Of a stretch of DNA of 64,000 nt, positions 12,137-25,066 are shown one piece after another; positions within the stretch are counted from its first letter, which is position 1, and every line of letters starts with the position of its first letter. Both the position numbers and the translations under genes were made by a program. The notes beneath the pieces are model-generated. The model ran no database searches, had not been told where the DNA came from, and worked only from the letters and a program-made list of their open reading frames with translations. Source of the DNA: Perna viridis (lineage: Eukaryota); assembly GCA_037379345.1 (NCBI GenBank), contig CM074511.1:48490862-48554861 (forward strand). Direction: 5' to 3'.

Positions 12137-14750
12137 GTTCCATAGCTAAGTTTTGATACCAGAACCAACAATAAAATTGAAGTTGCTGGTTGTTTTTTTT
12201 TAGCATTAAACAAACAAGTTAAAATATTTTTTTAGTTCTTCTGACATGAAAACTTTTTTGCTCTAGGAAACATCAATTTCTGAAGAATTAAAACTGTAAA
12301 AATCTTAAAACATTTCAACAAATGAGTCAAAAATCATTTCTATGTGGAACTTATATATTGACTAAATTGATTGATGGATATGATCTAACATCATATGGCA
12401 GATATTTTATGCATTTCAGGACAAGAAAGTTTGACCATTCAAACAGACCCTGCCTTGTACTAGCCCACATGCTGAGCCCAATCTTTAATGTGCTAGCTCA
12501 CAGAAACAACATGCAACCCCACTTGAACCCATCATTCCGACTTTAATACGACTGAGCCAACCAGAGTTGATTACTCATAAATACCAATTTTAAAGTCTGG
12601 GTGTGACTCAGCCATGAAAGAACCAACAACCTCCCATACAACACAGAGGCTACTGACAGAAATATTGTCTTGAAGGAATTTTTAAACAATGGTACCGGTA
12701 ATATGTTCACAAAAGAATTTTGATCCTTAGAGGTTTGCCTTGAGGGAGGTTCGGACATTACAATCCTAAGGACAGAAAGATAAAAATAATGTTCACTCCT
12801 ACCTTAGGGTAATATGATCTATCTGACTGGCAACGATCTCGATAATATATATCCCTTATTTTATCTCGAAACTCCATTTTAAGAAAGTCTTGAATTGCCA
12901 CAAAATATTATGTGCAAATAAATAATGTATTTAAATCAATCATTATGCATTCTGAATGTAAGAGTTTTAAGTGTGTTAATCCCCTAAGACCATATAAATT
13001 CTCCTGGCATCTAAATTTTTTCAAATTTATAATTTTACTATTAGTAAATTCAAATAAAAGTGTTTAAAACTACAATGGCAAGTTTACATTCTGTAGATTG
13101 TTAGATTTATGCAAATTCTGATGCATTAAAAATATTTTGAATTTAAAAAGGGAAAGTGATTTTTAACTGATTGTTGAACTGAATTTAATCTGTCAAGATA
13201 TATAGAATGAATTCAGCTTTAAGAGGGGTTAAGGGTTACCAATCCAAGTCCAATCTGGTGAATAATACAGTATCAATATACATTTTAGCTGAAACAAATT
13301 GCAGGGCCACTTGATTAAATTATGTTTTAAAAACAAAGTTAAAAGTTTTTTCAATAACTGAATGAATGTATCTATTTACTGAACAGGTTATTTCATATAA
13401 CCCTTTAGAAAAATAGAAAAACAAAAATTCTTATAATTTAAATTCTAATGGATTCCTTTGAAAAAAAATAGGACATTGATGGAACATTAAGTGATACTCA
13501 ACCACATAATGGTGAAAAAAGGGGGATAGCAAAATGTTCAAAATAGCCCTACTAGAAAACAACATTTGGGATTTTGATAAATATCAGTTTTCAAGTTATC
13601 ATCAAGACACTGTTGGGGATGGACAGATGGATGGAGACACAACTTTTCGCAGGGTATAATGTAAAACTGTGGCGGGGACAAAAATGGATTTGTATTGAAA
13701 ACCTTACTTTGTGTGGTATCATTTGATTTTGGACTGTTGACCAATGGACCTAAAGTTATGTCACAGTACCAAACCTGGTTATACAAACTAAGCCAATAAG
13801 AAAGCTAGTTACATATGTAATACAATTATTTACCAATATATTATATGGGCATTTTTATTGCAGATCACAGGGGCTGAAATAAGCACTGGTTTTAGGTCAA
13901 GAACCCTCAATTTCAGATGTATAAGCATTGAAATTTCATATATACCTAGGTTACATAATCACACATCACCACGACGGTTCCTATACAGGTAAAATTCAAT
14001 GGATGATCCCAGAAAAATCACTTTCTGTAATCTAACAAGGATGCATTACGGACAGTTTATCTACGGATTTTTACCTACTGGTATCTACCAAGGATTATTT
14101 AAGAAATTGGCTAATTGGCAGCAAAATTGATACAGATTGTTGCCGTATGATAGAGTTGGTAAAGGATACAAAAATAACTCTGTTTAATTAGAAAGGATAC
14201 CTATCAAGCCATATGCACTGCAGATATACAGTAGCGTGATACGGTATAAGTAGGGCCTAAAACAGATCAGTACGGTCTGATACAGAAAAGTAAGACAGGC
14301 TACAGAGCAGTACACAGAAATCCTTGACGAGTTGAACTTACAGATTAGCACAGGTTCACACTGTTTTGCCATGGATTAAATTGATCAGTACGTTCTATTA
14401 CTATTTTGTAAGGATGTACTGCAGTGGTTTGATCCATAGTAAAATTTTAAGCTTGCATAAAACTTGTCACTGATATACAAGTATTACTACAATCGATCAT
14501 GAATGGCTACGGTTTCTTTATGTACTGGTACGAACTAATACAGATCACCATGTATAAAGACAGATTGTACCCAAGGTAATCTGGCAAGATGATCCGTGAA
14601 TGTGTGACCTTGGCAATACCTAGGTCCTAGACCAACATACTTAAACATTTACTCTTATTGGGACTGCTCACTTTCTTCTGTTGGACCTTTTATGCAAAAA
14701 AAGTCAAGAACTTTTCCCTCCGGAAAGTATATTTGAACCCCTACAGACCA

Positions 14751-14905
14751 TTACTGAAATCCCCTCATCCATACAGATAGTAGAAGTTACTGAAATCCCA
14801 TCAGTTATCCTTACAGATAGTAGAAGTTATTGAAATCCCCTCATTCATCCTTACAGATAGTATAAGTTACTGAAATCCCCTTAGTTATCCCTACAGATAG
14901 TAGAT
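14751..14905. repeat. Minisatellite, ~36-41-bp unit x4
   Basis: Repeated ttactgaaatccc...tcc(t/a)tacagatagtagaag. Confidence 0.85.
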
Positions 14906-15752
14906 GTTGGGATCGGATATTACATCATCAAATATCTTGTCTAGAAAAAAAGGTATCAGCTACAATGAAAATTGGTTGGCAAAGAGCACTGGAAAAACAG
15001 CTGAACATGTGAAATATTGACTTATCTCTGATGAACAGAGACCAAAGTACTCTGAACAGAAGACTGTTCAACATGTTGAATTTTGCCTATTACCTACCTA
15101 AAAAATTAATGGAATGCACCATGTGACACTGCCTGATATGACACAACAATTCAAACCCTTAAAATTTTGGGAAAAGTTTGACACATATTTAACCTTGATA
15201 CAGTTCAGTACTTGGATTGTGATAAATTGGTTTAATCAAGCATATTTCTGAATTAAAATGAATGCTGTCACACTCAAAGAACTTAAAAATTTCAAGTTTG
15301 GACAATTATCTATTACAGTCCAATTTGCAAAGTCTAAATACCAAACAAGAAAAACTGTGAGCAATGCTCCCTGACTTTATACTCCAATCCCCCCCCCCCC
15401 ATTTGGTAGTATGCAACTTTTGATCTCCAAATTGATTTGGATCAAAATCCAATATAAACAGTGAACAATGGAAATATGTAATGAAGATTCTGTGAAAGTT
15501 TCATCAAATTAAATTCATAGATGTAGGAGAGGCAATGGACCTCCGTATTCTCATATTCATGAATGACAAAGTTCATGTTTTGATACTTGAAACCTCAAAT
15601 CTGACTTGGAACAAACTTTTAAGTAAAAGGTTCACACTGGGAATATGTAATAAAGATTTGGTAAAAATTTCATAAAATTCAATTTAGTGGTGTATGAGGA
15701 ATAATAGACATGTACCCCTTACTTTTAAGTGAGGGGGGGGTAGGGGTATATA

Positions 15753-15861
15753 ATGATTGAGGTGTCTTTCCTTCTGTCTGTACTTCCTTCCTTCCCTTAT
15801 GAAGAGGGTTACCCATCTGTAATGAAAGGAAGTAAGTACAGAAGGACAGACATCTCAATCA
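15753..15861. repeat. ~110-bp imperfect inverted repeat (hairpin MITE-like)
   Basis: tgattgaggtgtct...ctgtactt pairs with aagtacag...agacatctcaatca. Confidence 0.7.
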
Positions 15862-16277
15862 CCATACATTTGCTACTCAAAAGTATATTTTATTTAGTGA
15901 AAGATAATGCAGCATTGATTACCCACTAAGCAACCACTTGGGTCAACACAGAGAAAAAAACAGCATTAATTCAAATTAGACACTTCTAAAGATTTACTGT
16001 TTGTAAATAATGAACTTAAACTCAGAAATATACACTTGATAAGGTTCTTTTAACCTTGAAAACATTCATATTTATTACTTTTACTTTTGAAAGACAACTC
16101 AAAACTTATTATTTGTAAAAGGAGAAAAAGTGGGGTTCAAAACCACAAGACAAGTCCTTGTGCTGCAGAAACCTTTTTGCAATCATAAGAAAATTTGATA
16201 TATATTTGAATAGCTGGCAATGTTTTAGAAGTACATGTAACATGTACATATACATTTATAATAATAATAATACTAAC

Positions 16278-16838
16278 CTCTTGATCAGATGGGTCTGGTG
16301 GTGGTAAAACCCGAATCCTATTAACAGTCTCACACACTGTACATTTACATGATATCCCATGTTCACGATGTTCCTTGAAAACTTTTTCTACAGGAGATGC
16401 ATTGATTATTCTGGATGCTTCACACACACCACAGGGTCCTCGGCATCTCTTGTCTTTTTTGTGAACATGTACAAGTTTAGGAAGTTTTAAAACATCTTCC
16501 CTTCTAGAATCTGCTCTTGAAAATGCCCTGGAAATACTCTCAGCCTCTCTCTCTAACCTGGAGGTCCATCTTAAACGAATTGTTTCCTCCTCCCTTTCCT
16601 TGATGTAAGCTGGTTCATGATTTTCGATGGTTTCAAACTTTTTTACCTCAAATTTCTTGGTTTTATCCAATGAAATGACATCATCAGGTTTATCTTTCAC
16701 TTTGTGAGGATCATCAATAGGTGGTAATGAAAATTTCACAACTTTTGCTCGCTTATGAACTGGCTGATTCAGAATATAGCGAATTTTTTGTCGAGCAAAA
16801 GGATCACGTTTTTGTGTCAGCAATCTTGGAAGCTTCAT
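16278..16838 (-). CDS. Alternative first coding exon, 187 aa (MKLPRLLTQKRDPF...PPPDPSDQE), phase 0
   Basis: Longest ORF in the window. An in-frame TGA lies just upstream, the start is aaaATGaag, and the donor GAG|gttagt is followed by AT-rich intron. Confidence 0.8.
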
Positions 16839-18221
16839 TTTTCCAATTTTTCCCAATCATAATTTCTCAGGTAATTTCACGATATATATCCTTATATTTC
16901 ATTATGTCAAATACTAAACAAACATTATGTCAATCAGTATATTATAAATATCGTCATTTATTTACTTATTATATTATTGTTAAACAAAGCCTTTATTAAA
17001 AATCCTGTTATGTATTATTTCAACACTTGAAAATTTATTCCATAGTTGCATAACAGTATAGAAATCTGATTAATCCAAATTATAAGCACATGAAAAAAAG
17101 TAAACACTAGAGCTATAACTTCACAAATTTTAATTGTTCCAACTATAACCACTTATTCTTTTCTCTGTCACCAAATGTCATGGGTAATAATACTACTATT
17201 TTTGTTAAACAAAACTACATTATATCGTCACATTTAACTGCATATAAATGTGATAACCATCGGTGAAATGTTGCCAAAGCTGTACTGGCCTCAACATTTC
17301 AACAATACGATAACTGCATTTAAAACATATCAAAATACATTGAATATAGCTAAATCTCATTGGAAGCCAGGGAGTCATAAAATTCCATCGAGTACTTTAA
17401 GAGGTTGGAACAGAAGATAAAAGAAATCGTTTGGATTAGGAAATTTATTCTAGTTTTCAATTGCTAAGCTACTAGTGATTGTTCAAGGGTTTTGTAAAGG
17501 ATTCATACTAAATTAAGAAATAAATAAGACAGAAATTTCAATATATTTTATCAATAAAGAAATTAAATTTTAATCACTTAATTTCGAGTAAGTTGCAACA
17601 AAAATATTTGTTATGGTAATATTTTGTTTTGACCAAATTTCAGCGCTTCATTTCCCAAAAAAAGCCCCCACAGATTGGTAAAAGATAATATATAAAATAA
17701 TTTAAACTCAAATCAATTCCATAAGAAAACCATTTGACAAGGTATCAGTACATCAAAGTGTGGACCCTATTATGTTACATTAGGTCACTCCTAGCGGGTG
17801 GTGTTTTCAATACACACAATATCCAGGCACATGTAAATTAAATAATTTTCAAGATATACAATGATTTATTTGTACAATTCAGTTAAAGACTTAGTTAATG
17901 GTTTCTGAATTCTGATAAAAACCTAAGGTATTATGTTTTGCAACTGTTAACCATTTATAATCTATGGACTACATTATAGACCTTAGGTATAGAAATTATG
18001 TGGCAATAAGTCAATGCAAGTTAGGTGCATTTGCATAAAAATAATAAATAAAATCTGATACTATTTGTATACATACATCTAAGTAATATCACAAAAAACT
18101 GGTTACTTGTAGAGTAGACTATAAAATTTGAGTTATCTCCCATCGCCAACAGAGGAGAGAAAGTGAAATGATACTAGTTTGAACACTTCTAGTCACTATC
18201 GCAGAGAATGTCCCCACTTAC

Positions 18222-18299
18222 AGTAAACCAATTACTTTGATTTAAATCCACCAGAATCAATTGATTCAAGGATTTGGGCCTCATTTGGTTTCTTAGCAT
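18222..18299 (-). CDS. Candidate alternative first exon (MLRNQMRPKSLNQLILVDLNQSNWFT), phase 0
   Basis: 26 open codons from ATG to ACT|gtaagt. Confidence 0.4.
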
Positions 18300-18729
18300 A
18301 AAACAGAAGTCATTTTGGGGTGAAAAAGTATAAATCGTGGCAAGTACTTCTCACAAAAACAAATAGGTCACTGGCCCCAAACAAAAAATCGGTTTAAGTA
18401 AATCAAATTTTCAAGTTCTTTTCAATGTCAGTCAGTTAATACCTTCATGCACAAACCAATTTTCAATGCCCAATAAATACATTACCAGTCATACTGGTCA
18501 GGCAAACAAATCTTATGTCTGATTCCTGCTAGCATACCTACCCTTTTTTTGATGTCCCTACCCTAAACAACATATTATGGCAATTTTGGCTAAAGCAAAA
18601 TAAAAGTCTTAAATTGTATCCCCATTAACCCAATGTAAAAATGTTTTTGAAAAATAATACTTCCCTTCTACTCACTGATTACAGAATCCAGAGTTTCATT
18701 AGTAACTATAGGATAACTACAATCTATCG

Positions 18730-19086
18730 CTACCCACTTTAATCATCTACTTTGGAGTTATCCAATTGAAATTATATTTCTTCATGCACATCTAAATATA
18801 ATGCCCTACCTTCCTATAAAATGACATCAAAAACCCTTGAGTGGTTTAGGAGGAGTGGTGCTTACAAGAACTCTTAATTTGGATCATCTCTCTTTTGAGT
18901 TCTCAAGCAGTAATTATATTCCTTCATGCACATCTACATATGGTACCAAACCTCCCTATAAAAATACATCAAAATCCCTTGAGTGGTTTAGGAGTTGTTA
19001 TGCTTACAACAAATGTGGACAGACAGACAGACAGACGGGGTTATTCCTATATACCCTCTAAACTTTGTTTGCAGGGGGTATTATAA
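18730..19086 (+). mobile_element. Helentron/HINE-like repeat fragment with an internal ~140-bp duplication and (GACA)n
   Basis: Duplicated ...cttcatgcacatct...ccttgagtggtttagga, gacagacagac, and end motif tataccc...aactttgtt...gggggtata. Related ends occur at ~830-965 and ~19570-19690. Confidence 0.6.
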
Positions 19087-21045
19087 CAAAATTTCCATAT
19101 ATAACAGACCATCATCACTTTGCAGAACACAGCCATCTTGAGTGAAATCAAAGTAAGCCAATAATCATCTTTCTCGTTGCATATTTTCAAATCCTACCTA
19201 TTCTTCCTATAAAGCTACAACCATGTCCTTAGAGTAGTTAAGGAGGAGTTGAACTTGCTTGATGTGTGGAAATACTGCTAGAGTGATCCAATACTAAATT
19301 AATGCAGAATATTATGGAACATAAAAACAAATAACTGAAAAACAGAAAATGAGAAAATTTAATCAAATATTTTGAAAAAAAACCCACTTAATATTCAAGA
19401 CATATTTTTATGAAAGAAACAGGGTATTCAAGAGTAGACTGTTGGCCTATTTTACATTACCCTAAATAAATTGCCAATTACTTTTTCTAATACCTCTTTT
19501 TTTTTCTTAATTCTTTAAATTGAACTAGTCAATAGTAAAAAAAATCTACAAATTTAAAATTTTACACAAAAATCTTTGAGCAGCAGAGGTGAAGTTGCAC
19601 TTGCAAGATAATTTAGACAAAGTTAAAAACAAGCAGAGAGAGTAATTCCTATATACCCCTCCAAATTTTGTCTGTGGAGGATATATGTAATAAAAATGTC
19701 AAATGACAGAAACGGCAAGGGTTGCCATAAAGAGGAAGTAAAAGTGTGACAGACCTGAAATCACATCCCACTATACTGAAGTTGCGTACCAAATATCTAT
19801 AAGCTGTGATTTATAGTTGTTGAGAAAAAAAGTTACAAAAATATTTCCCTCTCCCTCCAAGCCCCCTCAACTGACATTCACCACATTCATATGTCAGTCA
19901 AAAGCTCAATAGAGCTTATCTTTATTATTAGGTATTTAATGCCAACTCTAAATCAAACTTATTTATTTATTTATTTATTTACACCATTCTATCAACCAAT
20001 TTGCATGAGTGCAACTGGTCTAAAAAAAAAACACCAATATGACTGACTAGCAATATCTGCACAGAGAAATGTATTGATCTAGCAATCACTATGCATTACT
20101 TGAACATGCTTCCACTCTATATTATATTCATTCTGGATTAAGTGGTATACAACCTGTGAAGGCTTTACAGAATGTCTAACTCTTTGTTAAATAGTATCAT
20201 TATGGTTGATATCTCATATTGAGATTTTTCTGAAATACCAGTCCCCCTGCATTTTTGTTCAAATTTTACATTTCTCACAATCTGGTTGATTGAAATTAGG
20301 ATTGAGAGGGATTTGAGGAATAAAAACTCAATCAGAATTTTTTTTTCCCATAATAAGACAAACATAGGCCAACAAAGAATTTTGACAGTGAGATACATAC
20401 CAGGCTACTTTGTATAACTAACACTGTTTATAATTATTAGAAGTTTGGATATACATCATGCTATAAATGTCCATGCTTAAGCAAGACTGACCATAACACA
20501 AATGTTATCAAAATACTAGTATTCTAAATATTATTCTGGCTACAGTTTGATATTCAAAAGTCACATGCATAAAAAATTCAGTTAACTCAGTGGTTAGTTC
20601 AGTTACATAGCAGGTTGATGAGTTAAGTCTGTTAACAACACTAAGCAATAGGAACAGACTTAGTAAAGGCTACATAATAAGATGTTTTAAAATTTGTAAC
20701 TGTTAAAGCTTAAATGAAGTAATACATATCAACAGTAATGTAGATCTAGAAGAGCAAATCACCTCTGTAAACTAGCATCATAATACAATTATGTAGAGCT
20801 CTGAAGAGGCTTACATGATATCGATTCCATCAAAATATATAAAAAATAAATACCGGTAATTTTTTTTAAATTTGTGTTTTAAGATAAAGAGCTATATTGT
20901 TTTTTTTTAGTCAATTTTTTTTTTATATATATTCTTATCAATTTAATGTAATGATATGGTTTTAGCCACTTAATTTTGGGCATATAATATTCAGGTAAAC
21001 CTCCAGAGCTGACACGGATACCAATATCAAATGCATGAGACCTAC

Positions 21046-21098
21046 CCTCTTCTGATTCCAGTTGTAGATTTGGAGTCCTCAATAAACAGACGCATCAT
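21046..21098 (-). CDS. Candidate alternative first exon (MMRLFIEDSKSTTGIRR-G), phase 2
   Basis: agaATGATG runs open to GG|gtaggt; the phase matches the 4504 acceptor. Confidence 0.5.
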
Positions 21099-21776
21099 TC
21101 TGCTAACTGATTCATTATCTCTGACAAGACAATAGTATCTTTTATACTATATTGTAGAGAGGAAAACCCATGTATTGAGATGACCACTAAAAGAGGTCTA
21201 GGAATGATAACGGTTTTCTGACAAATAATGGTAATAGTGTTGCTAAGTATAATTGCTATACCAAACCATAAGTTAAGTACAAAATCTGTACTAAACATGA
21301 GTATAGTAGACTATTTATCATAGAAACATAATTGTAAATAAAGATACCTTAAAACAATACATTGATTTTGTTAAGGATAATTGACTTGCATTAGTGGTAT
21401 CATTAGTCAGATCCTTTTGCAAAAATTTTAAAGCAACTTGAGAGTCCAAACTGTAGTTCTAGTTTTAGAACAGAAGCTCACAGACAGCAACATAAACACA
21501 TGCACCATTATAATATTATGGAACCACAACTTAAATTACATCCGGAAAATGAGAAACAAACTTTCACTATAGTTCTAAAAACAATTGCATGGCCAGTGCA
21601 TAGTACAGTATACAGTGTTCTACAACATTCATCAATGTCAGAAGAAAATTTAAAAGATTCTAAAAACAATTAGTTTTATACATCAATTTCAATACTAAAG
21701 ACACATTTTCCAAATTTTTATCCCTTTTAAAAAAAAACATTTTATGACAAAGCTGAAGATTTTCCATTAGTATTTT

Positions 21777-23365
21777 AAACTAGAGGCTCAAGAGAGCCTG
21801 AATTGCTCACCTGGTTAACCATTTGCTCATTTGAAAAACTTGAGGAATAAGAAAGGCTAAGTAAAAAATTAACTGAACTGTCAAATACTGGAAATGCTTT
21901 TGATAGCATTTTTATGACCTGAACCAGAATTTTGCTAAAGGCAACAGTTTTTGAATTATTTTAAAAAAATTGATGTTAAATGGCTTCAAAGATGATCTTC
22001 GAAGTTGTAAAAATAAAAAATGATAATAATATGCTTTCAAGGGCAGTGATTCCTATTTCAGTTGATTAATTGTTTTGATAATTTCAGCATAAGTTCGTTT
22101 CATGAGGCTGAACAATATCAATTTGCTAAAGGCAACAGTTTTTGAATTATTTGCATGAAAAACATCTTCCGACCCCAATGTTCCATTTTTAGTAATGGCA
22201 GCTGTTTCTATTCACTGATCAAACATCACGAAAGTCATTTTGAGCACATACCCTATAGGACAAATATGCATATCTTCTTTGAATGATCTTAAATGGTATT
22301 AGAAAATTTTCAAAGTTGTACATGTGAAAACAAAAAACAAAAAAAAATGCTTAGGGGCTGTAACTACATTAGTTGACAATTTGTTTTGAACATTTCTGCT
22401 TAAGGCATCTCATTATGTTAAATAATAAAACCCTGTCCGAATTTTGCTGAAGGTAACAGCTCTTGAGTTAATTGCAAAAAACTGCCTTCTGACTACAATG
22501 TTCTATTTTTAGCAACAGCTGCCATGCTTTTTTCATTGACCAAAAATCCCTACCCTCAATTTGTGTGGGATACCCTAAGGTACAAATATGCCAACTTTCA
22601 CTGAATTCTGTAAAATGGTTTTTGAGAAAAAGAGTTCAAAAGTTGCACATGCAAAAAATGGCAAAAAAAACTGTTTCAGGAGCATCAACTATTACATCAA
22701 ATCATGAATTGTTTCAAAAATTTCAGCATAGGATCTGTCTCATGATGCTGCGCAATATTACCCTGCCGGAATTTTCCTTCAGGCAACAACTTTTGAGTTA
22801 TTTGCAAAAAACTGCCTTCTAATGCCTATGTTCTATTTTTAGTAACAGGGGCCATGTTTTTTTCATAGATCAAAATCCAAACAATCATTTTGTGTTGGAT
22901 ACCCTAAGGTACAAATATGCTAACTTTCATTGAATTCTGTAAAATGGTTTTTGAGAAGAAGAGTATCAAAAGTTGTACATGCGAAAAATGCCAAAAAAGC
23001 TGTTTCAGGGGCCATAACTCCTACATCAGTAGATAAATCATTTTGAATATTTCGGCGTAGGTCTATCTCTTGTTGCTGAAAAATATTATCTGCTGCCAAT
23101 TTTACTAAAGGCAAAAGTTTTTGAGTTATTTGCAAAAAATGCCTTCAGACCCCTATGTTCTATTTTTAGTAACTGCAGCCATGTTTCTTCACGGATCATA
23201 AATACCAACAGTCATTTTGTGCACAATACTCTAAAGAACAATCATGTTAAGTTTACATCCTGTCGGTTTATTAATTTCAGAGAAGATTTTCGTAAATTTG
23301 TCCATGACAACAACAGACACCAAATGATGACATAAGCTCACTTGATCTTTGCCCAGGTGAGCTAA
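21777..23365 (+). mobile_element. Helentron-associated non-autonomous element (HINE-like) with an internal ~330-bp tandem array
   Basis: Subterminal inverted repeats gctcacctgg (~21805) and ccaggtgagc (~23353), with terminal hairpins. The unit motif (c)tgccttc...atgttctattttt recurs at ~22163, 22482, 22812 and 23140. Confidence 0.75.
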
Positions 23366-23930
23366 TAATGTAAGTTCAGCTTAGTGTTTGATCCCATTTC
23401 ATTTCCATGAAATATAATAATAAAATACTCAATAACATAAACACAACTTCCACATGGGATGTTTCTATCCATTAGTAGTCTCATCATCATTCAGAAAATC
23501 AATACAATATTACTTATACAATCTATCAAGAAGCACATTGAAAAATTAAATACCTAAATCAGATAGTGAATTATTTACCCATATCTTTAAAAAGCCAGTT
23601 TTAGAGTCAAGATTTTGTAATATCTATTAAATTTTGCAATCTTCAATTTCAGAGAAACAAATACTATATTTTTCATAGTAGCTTATTTGCTTGGAAAATT
23701 CTACAACTTATTGAAAAAATATCAATATCCTTGCCATACTTATTCATTTCTAATTCAATTTTTACGCTCTCCTAAGTCTTTTTAAAAGATGAGCTGAGAA
23801 ATTCTGATACAACAAAGACAAATCATAGAAAAACCTAAATTCCATAAAACATAATACATGTAATAGTAATTAGCAGTTTACAAGAAAGCTCTGAACAATC
23901 TGAATAAAAATCATCCATATGAAAGCTTAC

Positions 23931-24202
23931 CGGTCCTTAGCAGGTATCATCTCTGTCATTTCCTTTGACAATCTTTGCTCGTGTTTTCTCTGTAATTCTT
24001 CTATTAACTCTCGCACTGTTGGGATCCTGCTTCGTTTCTGGCTACGGACCTGCATCCTAACACGCACCCCGGAATTGGCATACAGCCTAGTCAATAGGTG
24101 ACTATTAGTAGGAAGTTTAAGTACCATGCTGTCCTTCAGGGCTACCCTGTCCTCCATCAAAGCCCCATCCTCTAAAGTTGTCCATGAACGATGAGGCTTC
24201 AT
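23931..24202 (-). CDS. Alternative first coding exon, 90 aa (MKPHRSWTTLEDG...EMIPAKD-R), phase 2
   Basis: GC-elevated ORF from ATG ending at CG|gtaagc; CG+A gives Arg in frame with the 4504 acceptor. Confidence 0.78.
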
Positions 24203-24948
24203 TCATTCCCTTTTTACCCCAATCAGCACAAGAAAAAATGTTCTGTATCACGAGAATTTATCCTTCACTTGGGTTTAGATACCACTAATACCAATGTTTA
24301 CCACTAGTACTGTCCTAAGGATTGGATAAATAATATATGATGCACACAAAACAATTTCATTTAAACTCCTGTGACACTTGAGAAACTTTAAAATACAATC
24401 ATCCGTCAATTCACGTCACAAAGTAATAAGTTTCAATACATCCCAACATGCAAAGAAATATTAAAATTTACCTCCATCCAATGCCACAAAAACTAAAATG
24501 AATAAACGACTTTCACCTATCTTGTACAAACTTTCATTTCAATTTCTCACTTGTAAGGATTACACTTTTCCTTTTTCAATAACTTGAATGGAAGACATGA
24601 TTTGGATCAAGTGATGGTTTAAATCTAGTCTTTACATATGAACAAACCTAAAAAAACAAATAAATTAAATTAACAATACCACATAAAGACATACCATATT
24701 TCCAGATTTATATTGACTTATGTAAATAAAAATTACATAAATTTTCTCATTTTATAACGTAATAAATCATAAAATTATTGACTACAATAGTAGCAATAAA
24801 GTACAAAATGGATATGATTAAAGAGGATTTTAACCTTTTCTACTCTCCATAGTATATAACATTTGACTAAGACTTAAAATGAAGAAATAGAAAGTGAAGA
24901 AACCAATAAATCCTAAAAATATAAACCAATGAAACAGACAAATGACTC

Positions 24949-25066
24949 CAGCCAAACAAACCGAAGTATACGGTAAAGTCAACAACAATACAGAGAATAG
25001 AAATGTCAGCCAAACAAACCGAAGTATACAGTAAAGTCAACAACAATACAGAGAATAGAAATGTCA
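24949..25066. repeat. 58-bp tandem duplication
   Basis: cagccaaacaaaccgaagtatac...gaaatgt at 24949 and 25007. Confidence 0.95.
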
